Assembly: GCA_965242525.1 (NCBI GenBank)
Contig: OZ251459.1
Location: 2,496,001 to 2,560,000, forward strand
Reading direction: 5' to 3'
From: an uncultured Candidatus Binatia bacterium
GTDB lineage: Bacteria; Desulfobacterota; Binatia; UBA9968; JAJDTQ01
Length of the DNA: 64,000 nt
Shown here in pieces: positions 42,751 to 52,356 of this stretch. The position numbers and the translations under genes were made by a program. The notes under the pieces are model-generated. The model was given only the letters and a program-made list of their open reading frames with translations, made no database searches and was not told the origin of the DNA. Position 1 is the stretch's first letter; every line of letters starts with the position of its first letter.

Positions 42751-43937
42751 CGGGGATGGCTCTCGGTTTCCAGTGAACCGACGATCTTTCGTGCGCTGTC
42801 CAGTCTTTTTCGTATGCTGGACGTTTGCGTAGTGCCTGCGTGGCTCGCTTCGGCGAAGCCCTGATCCTTTTCAAGCTCCCGTATCCGATTGACGTCCAGG
42901 GAGCCTTTGACAAAGCTGCGATTCTTGAATGCCTTCTCACAAGCTGCGGTGAATGCGGCTTCATAGAGAGCTATGTTGAACCGTCCGTTCCTGACGAAAG
43001 CTTCCTTTGGCAAGGTCGAGCAGGCGTTCAGGAAAGACTTGAAGAGACCGTCGAGATACTGGTTGTTCTCATCGGAGTTGTACAGTTTGCATTTGTTGGA
43101 AAACTGGTTGAGGAACTTGACCATGGAAGGCGTGTAATTCTCTCCTTCGATGAGCATGGCAAATCCGCGGAGGAGGATTTCTACGTCCTTCCTGTGCAGA
43201 TCGGGTTCGGGTCGATCCAGGAGCCTTCGCCACTCCGGAATGCTGTTGATCCGGTACAGCAGCTCATAGAAATTCGAATGGTACATACTACTGCGGATTT
43301 CCTGTGGTCCCAGGATAATGCCGCCTGAATTGAGTCGGTTGAAGATTTCGTATATCGAGGAATCATCGTCGGAAGGCAAATTTTGCTTGACAACGATATT
43401 TCGGAGTGGCCGCAGGTCGAACTGTACCTTATGTTCTCCAAGTGTCGAGTAGTTCAGGTTTTTGAAGCGGTTATGCTGGCTTGGCAGTTTATCGGGCAGT
43501 TGAAGGTTAAATGCCTGGAAGTACTTGTCGTCGTGCAGGATCTCATCGGGAATTTTCCCTTCACGATGAAAAACCTCACGGAGCGCTACTCTTTTGTCTG
43601 CTTTGGGGAAACGCATTTTCACAAAGTAGTAGATGGACATCAGGCGCTGTTGCCCATCTATCACGAGAAACTGGTTACGTTGCTGCTCGTACAGAAAGAG
43701 TTGAGGTATCGGCAGACCGAGGATAAGTGATTCGATCAGTCTGGAGGCGCGCCTCAAATCCCATACGAAGTTGCGTTGGAAGCCGGGAATCCGCACTGCG
43801 CCTGATTCCACGAAGCTGTACAAGGTCATCACGTTGAAGTCGTTGGGAGATACCGTGACGTCGTACTCTTCGACTTCTATTCCATCGGCGTCTTGCGCGT
43901 AATCCTCAAACCAAGAGGATGCTCCGTTGTCGTCCAT
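42747..43937 (-). CDS. DUF262 (GmrS/ParB-like) domain protein
   Basis: PGFQRNFVW, LIES...PIP, IDGQQRL, IFNRLNSGG; AGGAG RBS. Confidence 0.9.
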   Translation of the reverse strand: MDDNGASSWFEDYAQDADGIEVEEYDVTVSPNDFNVMTLYSFVESGAVRIPGFQRNFVWDLRRASRLIESLILGLPIPQLFLYEQQRNQFLVIDGQQRLMSIYYFVKMRFPKADKRVALREVFHREGKIPDEILHDDKYFQAFNLQLPDKLPSQHNRFKNLNYSTLGEHKVQFDLRPLRNIVVKQNLPSDDDSSIYEIFNRLNSGGIILGPQEIRSSMYHSNFYELLYRINSIPEWRRLLDRPEPDLHRKDVEILLRGFAMLIEGENYTPSMVKFLNQFSNKCKLYNSDENNQYLDGLFKSFLNACSTLPKEAFVRNGRFNIALYEAAFTAACEKAFKNRSFVKGSLDVNRIRELEKDQGFAEASHAGTTQTSSIRKRLDSARKIVGSLETESHPR

Positions 43938-43988
43938 GTGCTTCTCCTCGTTCACCCTTGCGCCGCAACAGTGCGACTCGGCCGCCTG

Positions 43989-44017
43989 AATATATCAAGG
44001 GAGTCCGTCCGCGTCAA
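43989..44017 (-). promoter_or_regulatory. Sigma70 promoter of the DUF262-HEPN pair
   Basis: Minus strand TTGACG-17 nt-TATATT with an extended -10 TG. Confidence 0.6.
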
Positions 44018-44049
44018 GTTGGCAACTGCCCCGGGTCCCTTGCCAAAGG

Positions 44050-47000
44050 TCAGGCTGCCGATTGCAGCGCGTGCCGGATGACCTGTTCCAGGCAATCGGG
44101 CTCGTTCAGGAAATAGACGCCGTCCGCCTTCCAGTCGCGGGCGGGGCGTCCGCGGTCGTCGATGTCCGCGGCCGGTGTGACGGAGAGGACGTAGGCGCCC
44201 AGACGAAGGTTCGGGTCCACCCTGCGCACCTGCCTTTCGATCTCCGCCATGTTCCGGTGCAATTGCACCTTTTCCCGTTCCTTTCGACCGAACCGGCTCA
44301 GCCCCTTGGGGTCGAGGAACAGGACGTGTTGCCGCTCGCCTTCCTTCAGCCAGACGATGAAGTCCGGGTAGTAGCCGAAGTCGTCGAAGAACGACACGCC
44401 CCGGCCCCGGGTCAGGTTGCGGATGAGGAACAACTCCCTGCCCTGCAGGCAGGGGTCGTCCTTCCGGGCCAGCCGTTCCAGCCCCTCCACCACGCGCCTC
44501 TCCGTCACGTCCAGGGGAACGGGCTGGACCGTAACCACGCGGTCCTTCCTGGCGTAGAGCAGGGGCTGGTAGGCATGGGCGCGGGCGGGTATGACGCCGA
44601 CCTTCAGGCGTGCGTACCAGTCCTTCAACTCGGCGTACCGGCCTTCCCGCAGGTTGGCGGCCAACTCGCTGGCGTCCCGGACCAACTGGTCCTCGGCCGA
44701 ATCCACGGACAGGTCGTAAGCCCCGGCGTTGTTCGGGTCGTCCTCGTCCAGGGTGACCACCGTGACCCTGTGGTGCTCCCAGCGCCGGCGTTGCCCGCGC
44801 CAGAAGCGCTCTGCGTATTCCGTGACGAGATCGACCGCGACGTCCTCCAGGCCGCGCGCCTGCCGGAACCCGGCGGAGTGCAGCCGTTCCGGCGGCAGGT
44901 AGAGTTCGTACCAGTCGTCGCTTTGCAGCAGTCGTTCCACGGTCCGCAGCGGGACGGCTAGGTTGCGCCAGTCCCTCTGCCGCTTGCGCCGCAGCAGCCG
45001 TTCATGGACCCGGGCCGCGTCGAAGAAGGCGGCATGGGGCTTGAGGCTGGCCAGGGATCTTTCCGCTTCGCGGCCGGCCGCGCCGCCGGAAGCAACGGAC
45101 TGGAGCCGGGAGTACAGGTCCAGCGTTACGTTGGGACGTCCGTCCTCCTCCGGCCCCGGCAGCGCGGGGCGTTGGTCGGAAAGGTCGTACCGCTCGTCCT
45201 CTTCGAGCCGGATGAGCTTCAGGTCCGTCTTCCGGGAGAAGTTCCAGGTGACCGGCAGCGAGAAGGTCTCCTGTTCGGTGCGCATCCCCTCCTTTGCCAG
45301 CAGGTCCCGGAATGCCTGCATGTAGTTGGCGCGCAGTCCGAAGACGTACAGCTTCTCCAACTCCGCCAGCTCGGCGCTGTCCGCGGGCGCCGCCGCCCCG
45401 GTTTCCCGGTGCCGCTTCAGGCTCATGTTCCAGCCCTTCAGGCGCACCCCGCGCCCGAACATCTGGATGATCTCCGGTCCTTCGCCCACGCCCACGTGCA
45501 TCAGCCCCATGGTGCTCACGCGCCAGGAGTTCCAGCCCGCGATGAAGCGGCGCGCCCCGATGACCACGTTCACGGGCGAGCCCGGCCGGTCCACGTTGAC
45601 GAACAGCCGCTCCGCAAAGCCCATCTCCCGCTCCACGTCGAAGTCCGGGTCGGGCTGCTCGGTGAGCAGTTTGTAGAGCGCCGCGGAGTCGCCGACGTTG
45701 ACCACCCCGAAGGGGTCGTGGTCCGAGGTCCGAAGGTGCAGCTCGCCCTCGCCCGCGGTGAGATAGGCCACGTGCAACGGCCCCGGGCCGTGGAACAGCG
45801 TGTCGCACAGGTCCGCGTAGAGGTCCTCGCCGGCCGGCAGGTGGGAGAGGCGGTCGGCGAAGACGTCGCGGCCGGCGTCGTCGAGCAGGCCCGATTCCCC
45901 GGCCAGCAGGCGCGCGATCATGGAACGCACCGCGTCTTCGTGGGCCAGCACCCAGCCCAGGAAGCTCAGGATGCGGACCACGTCGGACCGGGTTGCCTTG
46001 TCCGCCTTGCTCGATCCGGTCACGGTCTTGCCCAGGAAGACCCACAGGGGCTTGGCCGGGTTGAACGCCCGCCAACTCGCGCCCTTTTCCCGCCAGAGGC
46101 GGCATTGCTGGTAGAAGGTCAGCAGGCAGCCCAGCAGGTACGTGTCGCTGTTCGCGTCCTGCACCCCGCCCGGCAGGTTCAGGATGGCGTAGTCCTTGCC
46201 GTAGCCGTCCTCGTGGAACCGGCGGTAGGAATAGTCGAACAGCAGGCACTTGCCGTAGGCGTTCAGCAGGTCCTCGTCCTTCTTCCGGCTCACGATCTGG
46301 TTGAAGGTGGCCGAGTACTCGAACGTGAAGCCGCCCCGGGAGAGTTCCTTGCGATGTTCGCGCCAGGCATTGCCGGACGCGCCGAGGTGCCCCTCGTCCA
46401 CCAGCACCAGGTTGTCGTCGCCGAAGTCCTGCACCGCCACCCGCTTCACGCCCTTGCGCCTGGCCAGCTTGTTCAAGTCGATGATCTCCACCGGCGCGAA
46501 CAGGTCCGAACCGGCGCCGCTGGAGAACAGCCGCGCGTGCAGGCCGCTTTCCCGCAACTCCCGCTCGTGCTGCGCCGACATCTGTTCGTTGGGGGTCACC
46601 AGCACGACGTTGTTCAAGCGCCCGCCGGCCCGTCCCAGGTAGCGCCGGTATTGCAGGATGTGGGCGTGCATGAGCAGGGTCTTGCCGGAGCCGGTGGCGC
46701 TCTGGAAGGCCAGGGTGCGCAGGTCGTCCCGCGTGTAGTCCGGGAGGCCGAAGGTTGGCGGGTAGTGGGATTTCGCCTTGTTCAGGTCTGCGCACAGGGC
46801 CTCGGGGTCGTCGAAGTAGCGGCACAGGTAGTGCTCGGTGAACAGCAGGGCCAGGTACTGGTGCGGCTTCCAGGTCCGCCCGTGCTCCCCGGTCATGCGC
46901 AGCCGCCGGCTCAGCGCCCCGATGTGGGCGTCGTACTCGGCGAACCGGTCGGGGATCACCTGGACACGCTTGGGGTTCAGGTACAGCGCCCGCGCGTACT

Positions 47001-47157
47001 CGCTCTCGCCGTCCCCGTCGAGCCCGGCCGGCGCGTCCCCCAGCCGTTCGAGCATCGCGCCCAGGTCCTCGTAGCCGAACTCCCGGCAGATGAAGCGGTG
47101 GAGGGCGAGGCGGTTTTCGAGGGGTATGCTTCCTATCTGACGGCGACGTGACAGCAT
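44050..47157 (-). CDS. res: Type III restriction enzyme Res subunit
   Basis: ATGSGKT, DEGH, EYSAT, QMFGRGVRL, C-terminal YYPDF...DPK nuclease motif. Confidence 0.88.
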   Translation of the reverse strand: MLSRRRQIGSIPLENRLALHRFICREFGYEDLGAMLERLGDAPAGLDGDGESEYARALYLNPKRVQVIPDRFAEYDAHIGALSRRLRMTGEHGRTWKPHQYLALLFTEHYLCRYFDDPEALCADLNKAKSHYPPTFGLPDYTRDDLRTLAFQSATGSGKTLLMHAHILQYRRYLGRAGGRLNNVVLVTPNEQMSAQHERELRESGLHARLFSSGAGSDLFAPVEIIDLNKLARRKGVKRVAVQDFGDDNLVLVDEGHLGASGNAWREHRKELSRGGFTFEYSATFNQIVSRKKDEDLLNAYGKCLLFDYSYRRFHEDGYGKDYAILNLPGGVQDANSDTYLLGCLLTFYQQCRLWREKGASWRAFNPAKPLWVFLGKTVTGSSKADKATRSDVVRILSFLGWVLAHEDAVRSMIARLLAGESGLLDDAGRDVFADRLSHLPAGEDLYADLCDTLFHGPGPLHVAYLTAGEGELHLRTSDHDPFGVVNVGDSAALYKLLTEQPDPDFDVEREMGFAERLFVNVDRPGSPVNVVIGARRFIAGWNSWRVSTMGLMHVGVGEGPEIIQMFGRGVRLKGWNMSLKRHRETGAAAPADSAELAELEKLYVFGLRANYMQAFRDLLAKEGMRTEQETFSLPVTWNFSRKTDLKLIRLEEDERYDLSDQRPALPGPEEDGRPNVTLDLYSRLQSVASGGAAGREAERSLASLKPHAAFFDAARVHERLLRRKRQRDWRNLAVPLRTVERLLQSDDWYELYLPPERLHSAGFRQARGLEDVAVDLVTEYAERFWRGQRRRWEHHRVTVVTLDEDDPNNAGAYDLSVDSAEDQLVRDASELAANLREGRYAELKDWYARLKVGVIPARAHAYQPLLYARKDRVVTVQPVPLDVTERRVVEGLERLARKDDPCLQGRELFLIRNLTRGRGVSFFDDFGYYPDFIVWLKEGERQHVLFLDPKGLSRFGRKEREKVQLHRNMAEIERQVRRVDPNLRLGAYVLSVTPAADIDDRGRPARDWKADGVYFLNEPDCLEQVIRHALQSAA

Positions 47158-47828
47158 CAGCAAAACAACTTGACTGCAAGCAAAACGATTGCACAAACAC
47201 CCAAGAGCGCTGGGAAGATCAGTGGAGCGAAGATATACTCCAATGACCCAACAATGCGATAATAATACATGAACAACTGTATATCATACCTTTTTCTATT
47301 GGCAGAAATAGATTCATCACTTGGCTGTTTTGGCTCAGCTATGTCCTTCGATGATTCATCACTTGGCTGTTTTGGCTTAGCTGTGTCCTTCAAGATGTCC
47401 TCGCTAATAGACTTACTAAGGGGTTCACTGAAATGAAGCTCAAAATAGGAAGGTTGAGTGAATTCGCCTTTGCGCGAAGTCCAAAAATGCTTAAGGAGGC
47501 GGGTTCCATTCAATTGTCTGTGTAGTTTCCATGTGGAAAAAATGAATTTAACCATGAAGTAAGTCAATATGATGATTAAAAAAATCAAAAGTTTGCTTTC
47601 TGTAATTCCGGTAATTAGAATCCCCCGAACTATCGCACCTACTTCCTCTTCATTGCCAGTGTGTGCTACATTCAGACCCAAGTCTCCAAGAACGTAAAAA
47701 ATGGAGATAAACGACCATAAAATGGTCAATTTACGATCGCGACGATTTAGGTCGTCGTCTACATGGACTTTGTATATCTCGATGAGTTCATCCAAGTCTT
47801 CAGCTTCCCGCTTCTGATCTTCTGTCAT
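47157..47828 (-). CDS. AT-rich hypothetical membrane protein between mod and res
   Basis: 223 aa, about 3 hydrophobic helices, internal 14-aa duplication; start and stop overlap both neighbours. Confidence 0.75.
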   Translation of the reverse strand: MTEDQKREAEDLDELIEIYKVHVDDDLNRRDRKLTILWSFISIFYVLGDLGLNVAHTGNEEEVGAIVRGILITGITESKLLIFLIIILTYFMVKFIFSTWKLHRQLNGTRLLKHFWTSRKGEFTQPSYFELHFSEPLSKSISEDILKDTAKPKQPSDESSKDIAEPKQPSDESISANRKRYDIQLFMYYYRIVGSLEYIFAPLIFPALLGVCAIVLLAVKLFC

Positions 47829-50800
47829 GACTCTATCTCCTCAAACATCAGTTCCCGGAAAACGGGATCGAGGGTTTCGGCAACCCAGGTTTCGCCGGGA
47901 TGCTGCATGGCGTTCAGCGTGTGGTCGCCGTTGACGTAGATTAGGTCCAGGGATGAGACGAATCGGTCGCGGTTGCGGTCGAACCAGGCGTCCAGCGCGG
48001 CATAGTCCGTCTCGTGGATGTTGCGCCAGAGGATCAGGCAACGGCGCCCCTCGGCCTCCATGCCTGTGATGGTGAGTATGTCATCGATCCGGCGGCGGGA
48101 CTCCACACGCAGGCCGATCAGGTAGTTGAAGGTTTCGGGCAGATCGACCGGGACTTCGCAGCGCACACCGTCGCGCACGACGGAGACGGTGTAGGCGAAG
48201 GGGTCCCGGAGCTCGTTGCCCAGCAAGGCGGGGCTGCCGGAGGTTTCGACGCCGAGGGCGTAGCGCAGCCGGTAGTCCTCTGCCATCTCCGGATTCTTGG
48301 CCAGGAGATCTTTCTGGCCGTCCGACAGTGGCGCTACTACGAGGCTGTCCATCGTATCTTCGTAGGATTCGAGGCGAACGTACTCGAACAACTGGCTGAC
48401 GCCGTTGCGCGAGACCGGCTTCCCGTTCTTCCAGTCCGGCGAATAGACGACCTTCTTCATGCGCGGCAGGATGATCGTGTCGAAGTGGCGACCGATTTCC
48501 ACGAGCGTGTACCGCTGCTGCCCGCCGTCCTCCCGGTTGAGGTTGACCACCGCATGGCCGGTGGCGCCGGAGCCGGCGAAGAAGTCGAGAACCCGCGCAC
48601 CGGCTTCGTCGCCGCCCGAAGCGCGGATACAGTCCTCCACCAGAGCGACGGATTTCGGAAAATCGAAGGGGTTGTCTCCGAACAGTTCCTTGAGCACCCT
48701 GGCTCCGTGGTTGGAGGATGCATACTTGGCGTCCCCCCACCATGTCTTGGGCGTGGACTCCACGTCCATACGCTGCATGAAGTGGATGCTGATGCCCTCC
48801 GTCCCCGGACCGTTGCCGTTTCTTTGCACACGGTATTCGCCGGCTTCTTGAGAGACCCGCTCCCAACCGCGCTCCCAGTTCTTCTCGATCTTCGTCCCGT
48901 CCTGCTCCTTTACCGGCCAGACGACGGTTTCGTCCTTGCGCGGCTGCTCCAGGATTCGGTATTCCGAGCTTTGCTCGTCCCATTCCATTTTCGGAATACG
49001 CAACGTGTCGTCGTCACTGACGTAGATCGGGTAGTACAACTTCGGCCGGTCGGCCCGCCGGTCGTTCGTTCCCGTCCGAAGCAGGTTGCGCCAGGCGTAC
49101 CGTCCGCTCTCGTCGGAGAGGGGGTATCTCTGCTTCTCTTTCTCCGTCTTGAGAAGCGGCCCGGGGACGGCTTTCTCGCTACCGTAGAACAAGGCGTATT
49201 CGTGGGTCGGCGACAGCTTTCCCACCGACGTCCGGCCGATCGGCGTCGAGCGAACCGGAGCGACGCCGATTTCCTTGTCGAACACGTCCTGCAACAATGC
49301 GCGTAACCGCCAGACCTCTTCGTCGTCGATGGCGCAACAGAGAATGCCGTCCTGAACCAGGAGCGCCTTGGCGAGCGGCAAACGGTTCTCCATCAGCGAC
49401 AACCACGACGAATCCTTGAGGTCGTTCTTGTACAGTATCGACGACGATGCGGTGTTGTACGGCGGATCGATGTACACGCACTGCACCTGCCCCCCATACC
49501 GCGCCTGCAGCAGGTTCAGCGCCTGGAAGTTCTCTCCGTGCACCAGCAGGCCATCCGTCTGCTCGTCCAGCGGTCCGGCGTCGGAGAGGGCGGCCAGCAG
49601 CCGGTCTGTGAAGTCCCGGTCGAAGTGCCGTGTGTCCAGCACCAGGAAGGGGTTGGCCTTGAGGAAATCGACGCTCGGGGGGACGCTCCAGGCCGCGTTG
49701 CCGTTGGTCAAATCCCCCGCTATCTCGTCCACCGCGAACAACTCGACCCACTCCTCGCATTGCGCGGCGTTGGCGGCGACCTCCGGGTGCAGCGCTTCCG
49801 GCACCCGGTCCAAGGTGACGCACCAGTTGGTTTCCAACACCAACTTCTTCTTGAGCCAGAGCCGCTTCTGGAAGTCCTCCAGTTGCGCTAGGAAGTCGAT
49901 GATCTTCCCGCCCACGTGGCGCATGGCCCGCACCCGGGCCAAGGCGCGGTCCAGCCGGGGGGCGTCGCCCTGTTCCAGGTCGTCCAGGTTCAGGACCTCG
50001 GTGTTCAGATAGAGGTCCAGTTCCTGGCGCAGGAAGCCGCTCAGGTCCTTGTGGATGAAGTAGTCGAAGCTGTTCTTCGCTGTGTAACGATCGAGGTGTT
50101 TCGCGAGCAGGGTGCGCTCGCCGTTGGCGTTGGTCGGGGCCGGCGCGGTCAGCGCGGCCTGCCAGTCCGGGTCCACCGCGTTCAGGATCCGTTCGACCGT
50201 CGCCTCGTTGATGCAACCCTGTTGCGAGACGCCGTTGCCCGGCCACCGCTTCTTCTCGCCCTCCGTCAGCGGCCGGTGCTCGAAGCGGACGGCCAGTTCC
50301 CCGTCCTCGACCGCGGCGGCGCCCTTGCCGCGCGCAAGCACGAAGCGGCGCTGCCGGCCGTTGGCTTCCTTGACGTTGTCCTTCTCGTTGTCCGCTGCGG
50401 CGATCTCGAAGCGCACGCGCCTCGCCGCATCGCCCGCGCCCACCGTGAAGGCGTAGCTCGCGTAGTTCTCGGTGGTCTTGACGTAGTACTGGTCCGCGTT
50501 GGCCCAGTGGAGCTTCACTTCCTCGCCGTCGTAGGGAACGAGGTAGGCGGACCGGCCGCCGCTCGAATAGCGGCGTTGCGAGACGAAGTCGCCCTCGGTG
50601 TAGTAGCGGGCGAAGAAGTTGGCCAGATGGTTGTAAACGTCGGCCTCGGCGTCCGCGTCCTTCTTCATCTCGGCGAGCCGCCGGTTCAGCTTGGCGATCT
50701 TGGGTGGGGGTTCGGCATTGGGGCTGAGCCCCAGCTCCCATGCCTGCTTGCGGGCGGCCTCCAGTTCCTCTTCCAGCTCGGCCCGTTCTTCGGCGCTGGT

Positions 50801-51010
50801 GAGCCGCAGCGTGTCCTTGACCTGCGGCAGCAGGTCCCGGTCCAGGAACGACACGACCTCCGCGGCCTTGAGGTTCATGATCCGGTACAGGCCGAAGTCC
50901 AGGTCGCCGCGGTCGAGTTGGAACATCTCGTGCAACAGGGTCTTCAGCCGGTCGAGCTTTTCCCCGGAGCCGGGGGCCGGCGCGGTTCGGGAAGGCGTCG
51001 AATCGCTCAT
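47825..51010 (-). CDS. mod: Type III R-M methyltransferase Mod subunit (long form)
   Basis: YIDPPYN before FPKS and DFFAGSGATG (beta class); LDFGLYRIMN N-terminus. Confidence 0.9.
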   Translation of the reverse strand: MSDSTPSRTAPAPGSGEKLDRLKTLLHEMFQLDRGDLDFGLYRIMNLKAAEVVSFLDRDLLPQVKDTLRLTSAEERAELEEELEAARKQAWELGLSPNAEPPPKIAKLNRRLAEMKKDADAEADVYNHLANFFARYYTEGDFVSQRRYSSGGRSAYLVPYDGEEVKLHWANADQYYVKTTENYASYAFTVGAGDAARRVRFEIAAADNEKDNVKEANGRQRRFVLARGKGAAAVEDGELAVRFEHRPLTEGEKKRWPGNGVSQQGCINEATVERILNAVDPDWQAALTAPAPTNANGERTLLAKHLDRYTAKNSFDYFIHKDLSGFLRQELDLYLNTEVLNLDDLEQGDAPRLDRALARVRAMRHVGGKIIDFLAQLEDFQKRLWLKKKLVLETNWCVTLDRVPEALHPEVAANAAQCEEWVELFAVDEIAGDLTNGNAAWSVPPSVDFLKANPFLVLDTRHFDRDFTDRLLAALSDAGPLDEQTDGLLVHGENFQALNLLQARYGGQVQCVYIDPPYNTASSSILYKNDLKDSSWLSLMENRLPLAKALLVQDGILCCAIDDEEVWRLRALLQDVFDKEIGVAPVRSTPIGRTSVGKLSPTHEYALFYGSEKAVPGPLLKTEKEKQRYPLSDESGRYAWRNLLRTGTNDRRADRPKLYYPIYVSDDDTLRIPKMEWDEQSSEYRILEQPRKDETVVWPVKEQDGTKIEKNWERGWERVSQEAGEYRVQRNGNGPGTEGISIHFMQRMDVESTPKTWWGDAKYASSNHGARVLKELFGDNPFDFPKSVALVEDCIRASGGDEAGARVLDFFAGSGATGHAVVNLNREDGGQQRYTLVEIGRHFDTIILPRMKKVVYSPDWKNGKPVSRNGVSQLFEYVRLESYEDTMDSLVVAPLSDGQKDLLAKNPEMAEDYRLRYALGVETSGSPALLGNELRDPFAYTVSVVRDGVRCEVPVDLPETFNYLIGLRVESRRRIDDILTITGMEAEGRRCLILWRNIHETDYAALDAWFDRNRDRFVSSLDLIYVNGDHTLNAMQHPGETWVAETLDPVFRELMFEEIES

Positions 51011-51070
51011 GGGGTGTCCGTTCCGTTGGTGGATTCCAGGCCCCGGGTCGGGCCTTCGATCATGGGTCGT

Positions 51071-51152
51071 AGTCTATAACCGTTGTCGAGGTCCTTCAAG
51101 AACCCGTCGCCGGGCCCGTGTCTTTGACAACCAACCGCCGGTGCCACATACT
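51071..51152. promoter_or_regulatory. Divergent sigma70 promoters for mod and tctC
   Basis: Minus strand TTGAAG-17-TAGACT (51071-51099); plus strand TTGACA-17-CATACT (51124-51152). Confidence 0.55.
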
Positions 51153-51182
51153 GCGGTCCGACTACGAGACCGAGGAGGGACC

Positions 51183-52250
51183 ATGCTGCGAATCACCCTG
51201 TCTGCACTGCTGCTCGCCGCGTCCTTGGACGCGGGGTTGCCGGCCCTTGCCCGGGGCGAGGGCAAGGCCGTCGAGCCCGATTTCGAGGGCAAGACCATCA
51301 CCATGATCCTGGGCACCCGGCCCGGCGGTCGGCGGGACCGCATCGCCCGCACCATCGCGAGGCACCTGGCCGCGAACCTACCGGGCCAACCGACGATCCT
51401 GGTGCAGAACATACCGGGCGGCAAGGGGATACCCGCCCAGCTCAAGTTCTCCCGGTCCAGGCCGGACGGCAGCGTGGCGGGTCTCGTGGTCTCGTCGGAC
51501 ATGGAAGCCCCCTATTTCGGCGCTCCCGGGGCCACCTACAAGCCCCGTGAATACAGGTGGGTCGGCTCGGTGAGGACCGGCAAGCAGCGCAACGTGCTGT
51601 TCACCACCCGGAAGTCCGGCTTCGGCAGCATCGACGACCTGCGCGGCCGCGAGGTCGCGCTGGGCGCCCAGAGCGTGGGCCATCGGAGCTACCTCTACGG
51701 GCGGCTCATTGCGGAAGTCCTGGGCCTGAAGGTCCGGTGGGTCCTGGGATACTCCACCCCGGAGATGTACCTGGCCATGGAAAAGGGCGAGATCGACGGC
51801 CGCGTGAACGATGCGGCGTCGTTCAAGCGGGACCGGCCGGACTGGGTCGAGAAGCGGCAGGTGGTGGCCCACGTGGCCATGACGCTGCCCGGGAACCTTC
51901 CGCCCATACCGGGACCGCTGTTCGCCGACACCCCGGCGTTGATCACGTTCACGGACGAGGAGATCCACCGCAACCTCATCCGGAAGATGAACGCCACCAG
52001 CCGGCTCGGCGGCAGCGTGGCGCTGCCCCCGGGGACGCCGGAGCCCGTCCGCGCGGCCTACGAGAAGGCGCTGGTCACGGCCGGCAGGGACCCGAAGTTC
52101 CAGAAGGACTGGGAGAAGTTCGTGGGCATCCGGCCCTATGCGGGCGTGTCCGACAGCGCCGAGTTGTGGGAAGCGGTCCAGATCTACACGGACTGGAAGC
52201 CCGAGATCATGAACGAGTTCAAGCGCCTGGGCCACACGCCGCCGAAGTAG
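51183..52250 (+). CDS. Tripartite tricarboxylate transporter substrate-binding protein (TctC/Bug-like)
   Basis: GAGGAGG RBS, signal peptide, PGG..D..AR, VQNIPG, PPGTP. Confidence 0.8.
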   Translation: MLRITLSALLLAASLDAGLPALARGEGKAVEPDFEGKTITMILGTRPGGRRDRIARTIARHLAANLPGQPTILVQNIPGGKGIPAQLKFSRSRPDGSVAGLVVSSDMEAPYFGAPGATYKPREYRWVGSVRTGKQRNVLFTTRKSGFGSIDDLRGREVALGAQSVGHRSYLYGRLIAEVLGLKVRWVLGYSTPEMYLAMEKGEIDGRVNDAASFKRDRPDWVEKRQVVAHVAMTLPGNLPPIPGPLFADTPALITFTDEEIHRNLIRKMNATSRLGGSVALPPGTPEPVRAAYEKALVTAGRDPKFQKDWEKFVGIRPYAGVSDSAELWEAVQIYTDWKPEIMNEFKRLGHTPPK

Positions 52251-52356
52251 GCCGCGGAGTCCGCAGGCCGCGGCGCCCGGCGCGCGGGGCATGGGGCCCC
52301 GGGACGCCCACGCCGCCGCCCGGCCCGGGCGAAGCCATGATCGTGCACCCGTTTCC

